DNA of 64,000 nt from Eledone cirrhosa (lineage: Eukaryota): NCBI GenBank assembly GCA_964016885.1, contig OZ024742.1:112282001-112346000 (forward strand). Direction: 5' to 3'. The notes beneath the pieces were generated by a model. That model was not told the origin of the DNA. It saw nothing but the letters and a program-made list of their open reading frames with translations, and ran no database searches. Each line of letters begins with the position of its first letter. Position 1 is the stretch's first letter. This document shows positions 1-13,414 of this stretch, piece by piece. The translations under genes were made by a program, and so were the position numbers.

Positions 1-1098
1 TTATTGGATTGTAAATAACTTTAGATCTTATATCTTTTATTGATTATTTAAATACAGCGACTCATGAAATGCATTTCTGATTCGTTCATGTAAGTATTTG
101 ATTTGATTTCCGGGTAATGACTGATTTCTCGATAAACGATATTATCATTAGAGGAAATACATTGGAGATATATATCAGGATTATTTAACTAAATATTTAT
201 TTTTATTTTTATCCATATTGACTATCTCTCAACATCGCTTTCTACACATTTTAGTAGGAATGCTATAATATTCCATTGACACTTTAAGTTATAATAGTAC
301 GGGTTGAAGACCGATTATAACTGTTGTGTAATTAGCAACATTTTCATTAGCTCTTTAAGAGTCATTTTCATTTGCTGAGAGGAAATATCATCGTTCACTT
401 CTTACAGATGATTCTCATATATGAATGATTATATTCTTTCGCTTTTATACTTTATTACTAGTTTTATTTTCAGCTTTCTACAAAAATATTTTCCGGCGGT
501 TATAGGTTATAGGTGAAAGCCTTAATAATGATAATGCATAAGGCATTCTAAGCAATATAAAAAGATTATGACAATGCGGAGTCGCAATTGAAACCTTGTG
601 AATTATTTATTCATGTATAATGAGACCATGTATTCTTTTTCAAATATTCATTAGAGTCTGATCAGGAACAATTAGTTTCATCTTTGTTCATCGTTATTTC
701 AATTTACTCCATTCAAATCAATACTTTCATATCAAATGTTCTCATTACGTCTTACCTTCCGGTCGTCTCATTAAATTTTTCCAATCTCTTGCGACCAAGG
801 GAACAATAGCTATATTTAAGACATCTACTTATCTTAAGAAAATTAAATATCTATTGATTTATAGGTTTAACTCACTACAGCACATTAACACCATATTAGC
901 AGGATATAATTTACTTTATCACGCTATACTTTGACTCTTTACCCTACATAATTTCCCTAATCAGGCGCAACTGATAAAATACCACAGTATTTCAATTACC
1001 GTTTGAGAACCGACATTTATTATGCATGTGATTTGCGATTCAGAATCATCTAATAGGTTTAATTACTCCTAGTTTAATAATCATTACCATCACAATTG

Positions 1099-1129
1099 TC
1101 ATCATGGTCATCATCCTGATCATCGTTAT

Positions 1130-1175
<46 letters not shown>

Positions 1176-1240
1176 TTCATCATCATCATCATCATCGTCA
1201 TCATCATTATCTTCATCACCATCGTCCTCCTCATCATCAA
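1099..1240. repeat. (CAT)n microsatellite
   Basis: Long imperfect CAT tandem; it explains the poly-M/D/I ORFs at 1046-1322. Confidence 0.95.
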
Positions 1241-1499
1241 CAAGTTCATCCTCAATAACAGAATTAGCAGTATCGCCATCACCAATACGAATACTCAATC
1301 GACATGAATGAGAGAAATCCATGGTTTAAAGCCTAAAAATTACTGTTAATTAATTTAAAGTGTCGCAGGACGTGTATTATGTTTACACATACAAGACCAT
1401 TTGATTTCTATTCAATATTATTTCCGGGCCTGAACAATTTCTGAATCTATATTTGTATCTGCCACTTTCTGAGATCAAATTAAGCAAACTTTTTCAGCC

Positions 1500-1990
1500 C
1501 ATTGACATATGACACCTTCCAAAAGTGGCATGCTGAGGATTGCTCTCATGTGTTCAATGTCGGTTTGGGATAAACTATGCAAGGATTGTAGTAATGTTAA
1601 GTAAACATCTCCAGGTTGCGTGGAAAGGGCTGCGGTTGTTCAGCAGTTGATTGTCCACTGTCAGTATATAATTGATATATGAAGTTTTCACTAAAAGCAG
1701 TTGTCGTTAAAAGAATGATTCCAGCGTAAAGACATTGGCACTGACGTTTCTTAGACAAGAAGTGCAAGTGAATTTCATAGAGCAATTGTTGCATTATTCT
1801 ATGATAGAAATGCTTGAGAGAACGGAAGCGTTAATTGTATCGGAGTTGGCTTTGTCAAGTAGTAGTGGTTCCAAGTCGAACTGCTGCTGTCAATAAGAAA
1901 GATTATATGAAGTTGGAAAAATGTGTCATAGATGCTAAACAGAGAATGATGATTATAAGAGGTGGACGTAATGAAAAGAGTTGTTAGAAA
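1500..1990 (+). pseudogene. possible highly decayed MULE-type DNA transposase fragment
   Basis: Broken-frame translation gives SVWDKL..., HWH*RF..., LLHYSMIEMLERTEALI...NKKDYMKLEK, loosely like the MULE transposase C-terminus (EGWHRR...KKY). Many stops and frameshifts. Confidence 0.25.
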
Positions 1991-2207
1991 GAATATCCTT
2001 TCAATGGATATATCAATTATGTTTTCCGATGTTCCAGGAGTGGAGGTAGAGGTGTTGTTCAATTAATATATATTTAACTAATTATTTGGCACATTGTTTT
2101 ATTCTAGTAGATATTTTCTTGCTGGATTCAGTGAAATCTTAATGTTACATAATACACACACACACACACACACTCATGCATATATAGCATATATATATAT
2201 ATATATG

Positions 2208-2356
2208 AATAACGTGGTCCTTCATCAGTGATCTTCCAACCATCATCGGTATAACTCGCTTTAAAGACCATATACCTCCGGTTGGTTCGAGCAACGGCTA
2301 AAGAAAGTCGTTGGGAAACGTAAATAAAGGGAACAGGGAGAGTGTAAACAAACAAA
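2208..2356 (-). repeat. pLTR fragment related to the 30.3-31.9 kb repeat family, with the 5' half of a hammerhead
   Basis: Minus strand caaccggaggtatatggtctttaaagcg...gatcaCTGATGAaggacc resembles cagcctgaggtatctggtctttaat in the 30-31 kb family. (TA)n tracts lie on both sides. Confidence 0.55.
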
Positions 2357-2521
2357 GAATATATATATAAGATTACACTGAATCCAGTAAGAAAATGTAC
2401 ACTAAAGCGTCTTTCTTAAAAAAATATTTCTCTGACCAAGTTTTGATCCTTCACACATAAAATAAGACACGCACATACAAATGTATATATATAATGTATA
2501 AAAATCAATACAATATAATTA

Positions 2522-2591
2522 CCTCATTACCAGAGGTTTCCCGAATGAGGCGAATACGAAAGAAACGTCTTCATTCGTTTGTCAGACGAGG
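2522..2591 (-). ncRNA. type I hammerhead ribozyme motif (G8A in the core)
   Basis: Minus strand CCTCGT-CTGACAA-ACGAATGA...TCATTCGG-GAAA-CCTCTGG-TA-ATGAGG: stem I, stem II and a GUA cleavage triplet. Confidence 0.65.
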
Positions 2592-3345
2592 CAATATAAA
2601 ACATGGGTAAATACTTGGAAAGTCTCATCAAGAAAGTCAAAAAAAGGATATAGACAAATGAGTTAGAAATTGAAATATATAAAAATCTATCAAGAAATAT
2701 AGTTAGGTGTGTTTATATGTATGTATATACGCTCACAGATGTGCATATATGTGTTTGCACATGTGTATACATCTAGTGAAAAAGTGTGCGTAAATATAAA
2801 ATTTAGGGCAAATGTATCTGTATGTCTGTAATCTACAGACAGAATAGATACATCATAAGAATATGAATATAAAGGCGCGCGCATAAACACACCTACATAC
2901 ACGTACGCTTAGATGCTGAAGTAAAAGAGGTAAGGGAGTGTAATAATTAAAGGAAAGTATCAATCTCGATATATTTAAAAAAATGTAACAATAAATTAGA
3001 AAGAAACAATTTTTAGAAAGAAAAAATTAAAGAAAAGACAAACAAGGGAGTACATACATACACAGACACGCATATCTCACAAAAGAAACGCAAAAATATA
3101 CATGCTTATATACACATGCACACTTACACATCCATACGTTCGATACGTACATACACACACACACACACATACTTACACTCACGCATATTGACCTGTTTGC
3201 ATGCACACGCATAAAAATGAGTAAGTAAAAATGGGGGGGGAGAAGTAAAAAGGAACAAAACATAAAACCTAGATGTCAAAACACGGATATAAAGACACAT
3301 ACACATACGCATAATATTTATATACACACACACACACATATATAT

Positions 3346-3376
<31 letters not shown>

Positions 3377-3785
3377 CATACACGCACGCGCGCGCACATA
3401 CGTAGTCGCTCATGTACATATATAGAAAGTGTACACACATTAAGGCGTTCAGCCATATTGATACAGGGTGTAAAAAACTTGTGGATAAGTACAAATATAA
3501 AATTGTAAGATTGGCTGCGCAAAAATAAAAAATAAAAATAAAAATGAAAAATATATCTGGAAGGGAAAACACAAATGACAACTGTAATCAGTTAGTTTCG
3601 GAAAAAGGGACGTAAAAAAAGGGGGAAGTAAAAAATGGAAAGTGAATCGGAGAATAAAGGGGGGGGGGGGTTATTGGTGGATGTGAAGTAAAAAAAAAAA
3701 AAAAGAATAAAAATAAATGAAATTATTGACAAGGATAAAAATGAAAGTAGTCAGAAAGGGTAATTAAAAAGAGAATAATAAGAGT

Positions 3786-5924
3786 TTATGGAGGATAAGT
3801 ATCTGAAAGTGTGTTAAGTTTATATGAGCTGGAAAGCAGGTGTGATTTCATGTGTGGGCAACTGGTGAAAATTTCCGTCTTTGTGTTCAGGCAGGTCTTT
3901 GGTGATTTTAGATTTTGCAATATCCAATATTTTTCATTTATGCAGAGCGTGCATTTTCTTGTTCCTCTAGCATATTCTTTAGATTGGTTCAAAATTGACC
4001 AATCTAATTTATATTGGATGCCTTGGTCTTTCAAATCCCAAATTCTGCTAGCCAGAGCTGTTGTAAATCTTTTTTCTGGATGTCGAAAGGATGCGACATG
4101 TGAGTAATAGCGCGTTTTGAATTTGTCTTGCGTCATACCCACATATCGTTCACTGGTGGCTGGATGGTTGTTGCTGATGGTTGTCACTTTAGCCGCATAT
4201 ACAATGGCTTTGGTGTTGCATTTGCCTTGTAATGGGCATTCACTTTTGATTCTACAGGAGCAAGTTTGATTTTCTCTAGGTGATATTTTGTTGAGGATAT
4301 AGGACTTAATAGGGGGACCGCAGGAATAGCTAATTTTGACACAGTTTCTGTTAAAGAGCTTATAGTATCTATGTGTTCTAGGGAAATATTTATCTAGGAG
4401 CTCAAGGAATTTTTTGCCTACATTAGTTTTAACTGCTAGAGAGTAGGGGGGTGTGAACCAGATTATTTTTCTTTTCCTATTTTTATGTTTAATAGAGTTA
4501 GTATAGTTAGGTATGTATTTAATCGGTTCGCTAAAACCGCTATTTTGGAGGGCTTTATTATAGTAGAGGGATGCCTTATTAAAAATAGATTCTGAGGAAG
4601 AGAGGGTGGATATCCTACGGCTAATATTAGGGATAAGGTTTTTAAAAACTATAGGTGGATGGCTAGATCCTTTATTTATATATTTTAAGTTTTCATTAGG
4701 TTTATGGTATGGTTTATAAGAAGCAGTAGGCAAATCTATGTTTATATCTAGGAAATCTACGTTGGAAAGGTTAGTGTCAATAGTAATTTTAAGATTAAAA
4801 CTAGCGAAGGTTTTTATTAAGTCTTTCCTTAATCTATCTAAATTATGGCCTATGGTGGTATGGGAAAGTATTAGACCATCGTCGCGATAAAGCCCAAAAA
4901 TATGGTTAGGAAATTTTTCTTTAAGTGTATGTAAGAGGAATAGGCCGACCAGATCACAAACATCAGCACTGTCGTAAGAGCCCATTGAGACATCGAATGG
5001 GTTCTCTGGGTTAGATATTTTTACCCAAGTGTCATTATCATTAAAAAGTAGAGTGTTCCTAGCATGCAAGATGACATTCTCTTCAATATCGGAGATATTA
5101 GTAAACCCTCTAGCGAAATTTAAAGCTTTCGCTAAAAGGGTCTGAGTAATAGATGGGTAGAAATCTACAATGTCAAATTGGGTGAATCTAGAACTGATTT
5201 TGTTTTTAATATTATTAAACCAATGTACTACGGAAGAGCTATTTATCCATTGGAGTAATTTAGACTAACTTCTAATGTGTGTATTTAATTTATTTAAACT
5301 TTTTTTGCTGGCAAGACCAATATCAGTCTTAGCAGGGTTGATTAATCTACAACTAGGACGATTAATAAAGTCGGGTTTATGATCTTTAAGGGTGATATAC
5401 GAAGAACGTTTGGCAAGTGTTTCTGTTCTATTATCTATTTTTAAAGAAACAGCTAATTCTTTAGCTTCCTTATTTATATTATGGTACGTATTTATATTAG
5501 CTATTTGGTATTTAGAGGTGATATTATCTATTAATAGTTGGTCGTGTAAATTATTATTAACTTCATATAGGTTTTTAGTTTTATCGGGGAAGATGAACTT
5601 ATTATTAGAAGATTTGAAAGTTGAAATATCATTAGATAATTTAGATTGAAAGGGGTTAGAGTACTTACGAAAATTGATATTGTTGATTAGGTTAACTAGG
5701 TCTAATTCAAAGGCGGTCATATCTTTTACTCTTTGCGGGTATTTATGAGTTTTGATGTCAAAATATTCCGTACAATCCGTGTTAAATTGTCCATCGAGAA
5801 TCAAAGCTTTCCATCTCATTCTTTTAACAACCTTCTCTACTTTTTCTATCAGTATTTTCGTGTAGAGAGTGTTAGAAGGTGTTGGGATATTCTTTACAGA
5901 GTAGTCCAAAGGGTATTTATCCAT
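3786..5924 (-). pseudogene. PLE reverse transcriptase + C-terminal GIY-YIG endonuclease with a single in-frame TAG
   Basis: ORFs 5265-5924 and 3786-5069 share a frame (195-nt gap). The gap reads SKLLQW...QFDIVDFYPSI (RT motif A). Then come FDVSMGSYDSADVCDLVG (B'), LYRDDGL (C) and IVYAAKV...YVGMTQDKFKTRYYSH (GIY-YIG). Confidence 0.93.
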
Positions 5925-6101
5925 GTTCGGTATTGGTTTAAAATCCTATGACTGAAGAGTGCTCGACTTTAAAAGGGCTGGAAGGTGCCAATCTCATAAA
6001 GATGTAGAATATGCTGCGATCATTCCCTTGGGAGCTTTATAAGTATTGAAATTTCCGTTGGAAACAAAAAAGCTTTTCTGTTTACAACGGAAATTTCAAT
6101 A

Positions 6102-6184
<83 letters not shown>

Positions 6185-6187
<3 letters not shown>

Positions 6188-7546
6188 TATTGAAACTTTA
6201 CAAATGCTGTTTTCGACGGACCAACTCCTAAACAAGAAAGATGAACTGGTTACTGCATGTAAACATAGATTGCGTAGGACTTACCTCGCCCTCAAACCCC
6301 ATAATGACCCGGGGGGGGGGGGGGGTAGACTAGGGCTATTACACCCCACTTGCCGATTTTGCAATGGGTAACCCCTGCTTGCCAAGGAAGACGTAAGATC
6401 TTCTTTGTATTCTTTTATCGCTTCCTTTATTTCCTTCCCCCCTCTCTCATTTGTCCTTCTACCCCAGCTCTTCTCCTTTGTCGGCGTCTTTTCTCGCCCA
6501 CCCGAGGCTGCCCTTTGGCCCCATGTAGCCTTAGTACCCCCACCACCCCCTCCCCTAGTCTATGATAGATTTGGCGGACTCCGCCCTTTATAGCAGTTGG
6601 CTTAGACCCCGGATACTTGCCCCCTTTTTCCGACCGCTCCCACTATTCTCTGTGCCCTCTATATTTCTTAGTGGCACTTATGCCTTATTTTTTCGTTTCA
6701 GTATTTCTTGCTTCGCTTTTCTTCTGGGCGGGGTGGATTCTGAATTTATTTCTCCGTATTCTACCTTTATTTCGTACGAACTTTCATGTAGCTTGTTTTA
6801 GATTTTTTAGAGTTAGCATTAGTATATATTTTTCTCGGGACTCAGAATTATTATCTCGTACAAGTTCACTTTGCTGCACGGGGTCGTTGCTGGCCCGGGA
6901 TGGATACCTTTATTGTTTATTTCGTGGTAGTCTCTTTAGTATTTTGGCCTCTTTTGTTGACCCGTCACCGTATCATTTACGTACTTATACCTCTTAAAAG
7001 GGTCCTTGCCTATTTCGTCCCACCTAGTTCTTTTACTTATTTCGTAATTTCTTTATTTATTTATTTCTTTACTTCTTTCTTTCTTTCTTTATTTTATTCT
7101 AGCCTAACAATAGCCTGAGACCTAGGTCGTAGAATTTAATTTACTTTACTTTTTTTCTTTACACTTATTTGCTTTTCTTCACTCTCAGTTTTTTTCTTTC
7201 CTATATATTTCTACCCCCCATTGTTCTACCTACCGTTCCGACTTCCTCCCCCTACCCCTCCCCTGTATCTTCTTTGACCTCATGCCCAGCTGTAGCTGGC
7301 ACTACCAACGCTTGATTGGGTCTACTCCACCCCCTCCCCTCTTTCTCCTACTGGCAGGTTTAGCCACCATCTCCCCTACTAATTTGCAACCACATAATTA
7401 CTACTGATTTTTGACAATCACTTTGACCATATATGGAATTACCCCTTGAGAAGATCGGCTATTTAAATACCAGGATAAATTTTCATTTAGTCCAGAATTA
7501 GCCGTCGAAACGGCTTGAGCTCAGCTGTCGGGGTCTTACTGGTTAC

Positions 7547-7548
<2 letters not shown>
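6185..7548 (+). mobile_element. 5'-truncated PLE: endonuclease C-terminus plus pLTR
   Basis: 6186-6300 translates SIETLQMLFSTDQLLNKKDELVTACKHR, matching the LNTKTEIFTSCPH tail of the 3786-5924 protein. A pyrimidine-rich tail, a hammerhead and (TA)n follow. Confidence 0.75.
7441..7534 (+). ncRNA. hammerhead ribozyme motif with a full stem III and a degenerate core
   Basis: ACCCC-TTGAGAAGA-TCGGCTA...TAGCCGTC-GAAA-CGGC ttgagctca GCTG-TC-GGGGT. Confidence 0.65.
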
Positions 7549-7584
<36 letters not shown>

Positions 7585-7599
7585 CGCGTGTGTGTGTGT

Positions 7600-7639
<40 letters not shown>

Positions 7640-7929
7640 GTCTGTGTGTGTGTACTACATACACACACACATCACATGTGCACGCGCACACACATGCGTG
7701 TATTTATATATGCACTCTCACAAATACACACTCATACACTCTAAAACCATATTCCAAAAATAGAATTTCTTTTACAACCCTACATTTGCCAATCCAATTT
7801 ACCTCTCTCACCCATAGAATTTGTCTCTAGCTTAAATTACTCCTTCTCGACACCACCTCCATCAGAACACCTCCCCCGCCCATTAAAATATTCCCTAAAA
7901 ATAATTGTTTTCTCTGTGAAAAAAATACA

Positions 7930-7988
<59 letters not shown>

Positions 7989-8030
7989 CGCCAGCACCAC
8001 CACTACTACTACTACTACTACAACTACTGC

Positions 8031-8066
<36 letters not shown>

Positions 8067-8083
8067 CACCACCACCACCACCC

Positions 8084-8125
<42 letters not shown>
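7930..8125. repeat. (CTA)n/(CCA)n microsatellite
   Basis: Directly visible; it explains the poly-V/S/L ORFs. Confidence 0.95.
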
Positions 8126-8126
<1 letters not shown>

Positions 8127-8505
8127 CTCTCTCTATATATATACAATTCCATTTTAGATCCAGTCTTCTCAACTAGAAAGATGAACAAACCTGCCCCAGC
8201 ACTTAATTTTAAATCTTTAATTATTAATACTTTAAAATACTTTTTAATTGTAATATTCAAAATTTGATAAGATCGATTTCAATTATACATCGAAACGGGT
8301 TATATTTTATATATTATATATACATCTATATATTATATATACATATTATATATCCTTTAAAAAAAACTGTTACCTCATTTAATCAAAACTGTCACTTTGA
8401 CGACTCAAAGAACAAAAAGGGAATAAAAGATCCTTTAAATATATATTTTCGTGATATTTCCAATACCCCTTTCCCTCTATCTCCTCTTTCTCTCTCTCCT
8501 CCTCT

Positions 8506-8629
<124 letters not shown>

Positions 8630-8634
8630 TATAT

Positions 8635-9118
8635 ATATTGGTAAACGGAATAGAAAATGCTGACAAATTGTTCACAGTTGAAAAATGGTTTAATTAGGAA
8701 TAAAAGAGTATTAGTGATTGTATGGGTTAGTATTCAGTTGTGGTTTTAAGTTTTTAAGTTTTTACCGGTTGCGCATTTCTAAATGCTTTTCAAAAATAAT
8801 TTTGAGATAGAGTGTCCGTGCTGTTTGCTCTGATCTGATTAGTTTTGGGAATTCTACCTGTTTTTATGTTAAAAAAATGGCTCCAGCGTTATTTTTGTGT
8901 TGCAAAAATGCTTGTGGTCAAAACAATTTTGATTGGTCGGTAGAGGTCATGTGAATGTGAAAAGTTGATTTTGCGCCAAGACTGTTTTTATGTTAAAATG
9001 TTAGAAAAGTGGCTCCAGCAAAAATTATTGGTCAAAACAATTTTGATTGGTCGGTAGAGGTCATGTGGATAAAAAATTGGTTTTGCGCCAAGATTGAGAA
9101 ATGACTCTTTCACAACAA

Positions 9119-9168
<50 letters not shown>

Positions 9169-9243
9169 TAGTAGTAGTAGTAGTAAGGTGTTCGATGCTG
9201 CGACAATAGCCACCAGCGATGTGTGTCAAATGGCTATTAAGAT

Positions 9244-9279
<36 letters not shown>

Positions 9280-9958
9280 ACATACACACAGCAGAGTCAT
9301 TCGAAGGTCAAAAGATATTTTTCAGCTTTTGTCTTATACGGAGAAGTGCGTGTGTGTGTGTGTGTGTGTATAAGTCTCTTTGTATGTTGATGTACGCGTG
9401 TGTATGTGTTTGTGTATATATGTGTGTGTGTGTGTGTGTGCGTGTGTGGGTAGACCAGTATTTTTTTCCCCCCTGGTAAAATGGTGTACATTATTCGATT
9501 TTTTCAGTAAAATCGGTTCTCTTAATAGAACATCAACAATCTTAACAATAAAAGGTGTGAAATGATATTCACTATATATATATACACACACACACACACA
9601 TATATATTTTCACTACATATATATATATATATACATATATACATACATATATATGCACATATATTTTTTTGTATTGCACCATAGAGCATGTGTGTTTACG
9701 TGTGTCATTGTGTTTATATGTGGGTAGAGATGTGTGCTGATGTAGGTATGTATGTTGACGTGTGTATGTTGTGGGTTCGTCTTAGGGAGAAGTGTTTAGA
9801 CGGGGTCCGTATTTGTTAATGAAGTAAGATTCCTTGCTGATGCGCTGGGTGTGGGTGGCATTATCTTTAAATTTGTAGAGGGAAAAGATTCTGAAGTTGG
9901 GATGATTTTGGGCGGCACAGGTATCAATGTGTTCACTCAGTGGTATTTTCCTGTATTC

Positions 9959-9962
<4 letters not shown>
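8635..9962 (-). mobile_element. 5'-truncated PLE: GIY-YIG C-terminus plus pLTR with a U3A8 hammerhead
   Basis: 9781-9962(-) reads QEYRKIPLSEHIDTCAAQNHPNFRIFSLYKF...SKESYFINKYGPRLN*. An internal ~125-bp tandem duplication lies at 8860-9100 and the HHR at 8759-8797. The terminal ~125 bp recur at 12010-12135. Confidence 0.72.
8759..8797 (-). ncRNA. minimal hammerhead, U3-A8 variant core
   Basis: Minus strand TTT-TTGAAAA-GCATTT ag AAATGC-GCAA-CCGG-TA-AAAA; GAAA is mutated to GCAA. Confidence 0.6.
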
Positions 9963-10012
<50 letters not shown>

Positions 10013-10173
10013 TGATTTAAAACTGCACTATCCACAAGTGTTTTTTAGCCTTCATATCATGTTCTCCTGTTTTATCTGATGAAAACACAAATATTATTGC
10101 ATGATGATGTTTGTTTTTGAAATGCGCATAATAAAATACATGGAACTCCTTTAACCATCTTCTGATCTTATAT

Positions 10174-10625
<452 letters not shown>

Positions 10626-10677
10626 ATATATATATAATAATATATATAATAATATATATATATATATAGTATATATA

Positions 10678-10825
10678 ATACAACCGGCTTTCCACAAAAT
10701 ACAATATAGTTAGCACCCCAAAAATATAATTGGGATTATACTCAGGTATTTCCTAATGTTTGTTGAATGAGATGGGAGTCGGTCGGCGTATCGCTTAAAG
10801 CTTTCTCTGTTAATGTATTAAGTAT
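10678..10825 (+). repeat. ~150-bp interspersed repeat abutting (TA)n, inverted copy at 32075-32225
   Basis: Shared ggctttccacaaaata...ttagcacccca...cctaatgtttgttga...gcttaaag...tctctgtta. Confidence 0.7.
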
Positions 10826-10849
10826 ATATATATATATATATACACACAC

Positions 10850-10962
<113 letters not shown>

Positions 10963-11078
10963 TGTATGTATGCCTGTGTGTGTGTATGTGTGTGTGCGTG
11001 TGTGTGTTTGTGTGTGTTTGTGTGTGTGTCTATCTAAACATTGTTCATGGTATCCTTAAAGGACTTTGTTGCAGTCAA

Positions 11079-11230
11079 GTATCGGTAGAGGGTTGGACGC
11101 CATGCTTTCTAGCATAGTTACGTCCCGCCGAGGTTAACTTTGCCTTTAATCCTTACGGGGTCGATAAAATAAAGTACCAGCAATGTACTGGTATATTGCT
11201 GGCCTTGTGCCTATAGTAGAAAGAATTATT
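11079..11230 (+). mobile_element. tRNA-derived SINE (octopod-type), internally deleted
   Basis: gtatcggtagagg...gaggttaactttgcctttaatccttacggggtcgataaaataaagtaccag...ttgctggccttgtgcc, shared with other copies in the window. Confidence 0.85.
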
Positions 11231-11947
11231 AAAGAGATCACCAAATGCATTTCCCTCAAAATCTGTTGTATCTCCTTAAAACATTTTGATTTGAAAATTA
11301 CGAACTAGACTATGCTAAGCTGACGACGTTTAATATAACAGAAATATCGTTACATTTGTCAGAATGATTTCAAAAGATTATATTCACTTCAATATCCACA
11401 TACTCGTTTTAATTAATTTATGTATCATAGTCTACCGCGCTTGATTTAGAAAATAACTAATCATTAATACTAACGATATTGCTTTTCATTACGTATGCAG
11501 TTGTAACCTAATATCCCAACACACACAATCAATTAAGTTAAGCACTATTTATGTGGGATGCATAAATATAAATCAGTAGGAAATATAATATATTTAATAA
11601 ACCATATGAAATAAAATTTATATTTCAGAAATTTTTGATTGACGTAATAAAACAGCATAATTAATGTGTAATTAAATATTGACAATGTCCGAACACAACG
11701 TTGCATTAAGCATAACATTGCGGTAATATGAAACGAAATGTTGACATATAATATTAAAGAAAGGTAAAAGAATTGATATATAACAATACATCCCCTGAAA
11801 AGACTAGCGCATTGGAATAGTAATGTAAAACAATACATTAAGATAAAAATCACAAAAGGTAACGTATGTATTTCACTGTCCTTTGTGTGTGTAAAATTGC
11901 GTAGTAAAAATTGTATAAAGTTTACTGTTAATCATATATGCACACAC

Positions 11948-11981
<34 letters not shown>

Positions 11982-12144
11982 TTACAAACATATATATATA
12001 TATATATATATATTGGTAAAAGGAAAAGAAAATGCTGAAAAGTTGTTCCCAGTGAAAAATAGTTTAATTAGGAATAAGTAAAAGTTAGTAATAAGTATTG
12101 GTTAGTATTCAGTTTTGGTTTTAAACTTTTACCGGACATGGCAG

Positions 12145-12174
<30 letters not shown>

Positions 12175-12178
<4 letters not shown>

Positions 12179-12550
12179 CTGCCATGTCCTGCATCTCCAA
12201 CAGACCACCGTCTGTCCTTAGCGCATCAACATACGTTAACCTTGATCTTCCTCTTCTAGTGTGTCCATGTAGGGGATCCCAAAGGAGCGCTGAGTGCAAT
12301 GTCAACTCTGGATGTCGGTGAGCATGTCCAGCCAACCTCAGTCTCCTCTGTGTCACCTTTGAGCTGACTTTTGTGATGCTCCCATACAGCTCTGAGTTTT
12401 TCATCCTCAGTGTATACTGATTAATGTTCAGAGACATCCTCAGCATTCTCGGGTAGCACCCATCCACCCTCTGAGGACATGGCAGCGATAATGAGGGACA
12501 GAGACCGCTGGAGAGAACTCGTCCATGGATCTCGGGAATTTTACCCGCCT
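12175..12550 (-). mobile_element. RTE-clade LINE 3' end with a 5' inversion
   Basis: 12175-12470(-) reads RRLRLAGHAHRHPEL...LLWDPLHGHTRRGRSRLTYVD. 12473-12550(+) continues it as EDMAAIMRDRDRWRELVHGSREF. Same family as 62433-63382. Confidence 0.85.
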
Positions 12551-12565
12551 ATAGAGAGAGAGCGA

Positions 12566-13231
12566 AATTACATGAATCAAAGTTCTGTTCAAACCATTTA
12601 TTAGCTACAATTGTTTCGTCCAAACCGAGGTTTGAAGTCTTCGGAGCAATTTTTCAATGATTGTTTACATACATGACCTCCTTTCCAACACAAGAGACGT
12701 ACAGAAACATATGTATATATCGATGCACAGTGGGGTGACATCCATTATAATATTTTAGCATGGCAATTTACATTCAAAAATTAAAATCATATTAAAAGAA
12801 AATTAAAACAAAATTAAAGTTAAAATACATCGCCAGTTTACGAAGATAATTGCATTATCTTCGTATTTATTTATATAAATAAGACACACGTGCATGCCCC
12901 ACGTGTAACTATTTAATACACTACTTCAAACTATCCTCTTGCATTATCTTCGTAAACTGCCGATGTTGTATTTTAACTTTAAATTTGTTTTAATTTTCTT
13001 TTAATCTGATTTTAATTTTTGAATGTAAATTGCCATGCTAAAATATTATAATGGATGTCACCCCACTGTGCATCGATATATACATATGTTTCGGTACGTC
13101 TCCTCTGTTGGAAAGGAGGTCATTAATGTAAACAATCATTGAAAAATTGCTCCGAAGACTCCAAACCTCGGATTGGACGAAACAATTGTAAGCTAATAAA
13201 TGATTTGAACAGAACTTTGTTTCGTGTAATT
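12566..13231. repeat. ORF-less palindrome of two ~285-bp hammerhead-bearing pLTR arms
   Basis: 12566-12850 is the reverse complement of about 12940-13231. HHRs lie at 12604-12647(-) and 13149-13193(+): GCT-CCGAAGA-CTCCAAACCTCGGATTGGAC-GAAA-CAATTG-TA-AGC-TAATAAA. Confidence 0.9.
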
Positions 13232-13414
13232 ACTATATAACTGCTCTGTAAAACAACTGATGTTATTACATTGAACTATTTATCTTACTGGTAATAAGGT
13301 AGTAATGAATTACTGTCTTTCACTGTTTAGGGTTTAAAATATATATAACTATAAACAGTTTTAGTATATACATAAACATAAATAGTATCCTGAATACTAT
13401 ATATATATATATAT

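Larger units (their letters stand above)
2370..6107 (-). mobile_element. Penelope-like retroelement (Hydra-clade-like), near full length
   Basis: RT-GIY-YIG ORF, long AT-rich 3' region with a hammerhead at 2522-2591, and (TA)n at both ends. The DKT motif, LYRDDGL, a CxC-x5-C linker and the C-terminal CxxC...LNxKxE...CxH fit my recollection of the Hydra PLE clade. Confidence 0.88.

Noticed and set aside
1046-1322. Poly-Asp/Met/Ile ORFs
   Set aside because: Translations of a (CAT)n microsatellite; no flanking coding signal.
1799-2062. MNNTST... ORF resembling a GPCR N-terminus
   Set aside because: It starts at TTG, stops after 87 aa and has no further helices or GPCR motifs.
5265-5267. In-frame stop as selenocysteine recoding
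   Set aside because: The codon is TAG, it is single, no SECIS was recognised, and the domain order is not Naiad-like.
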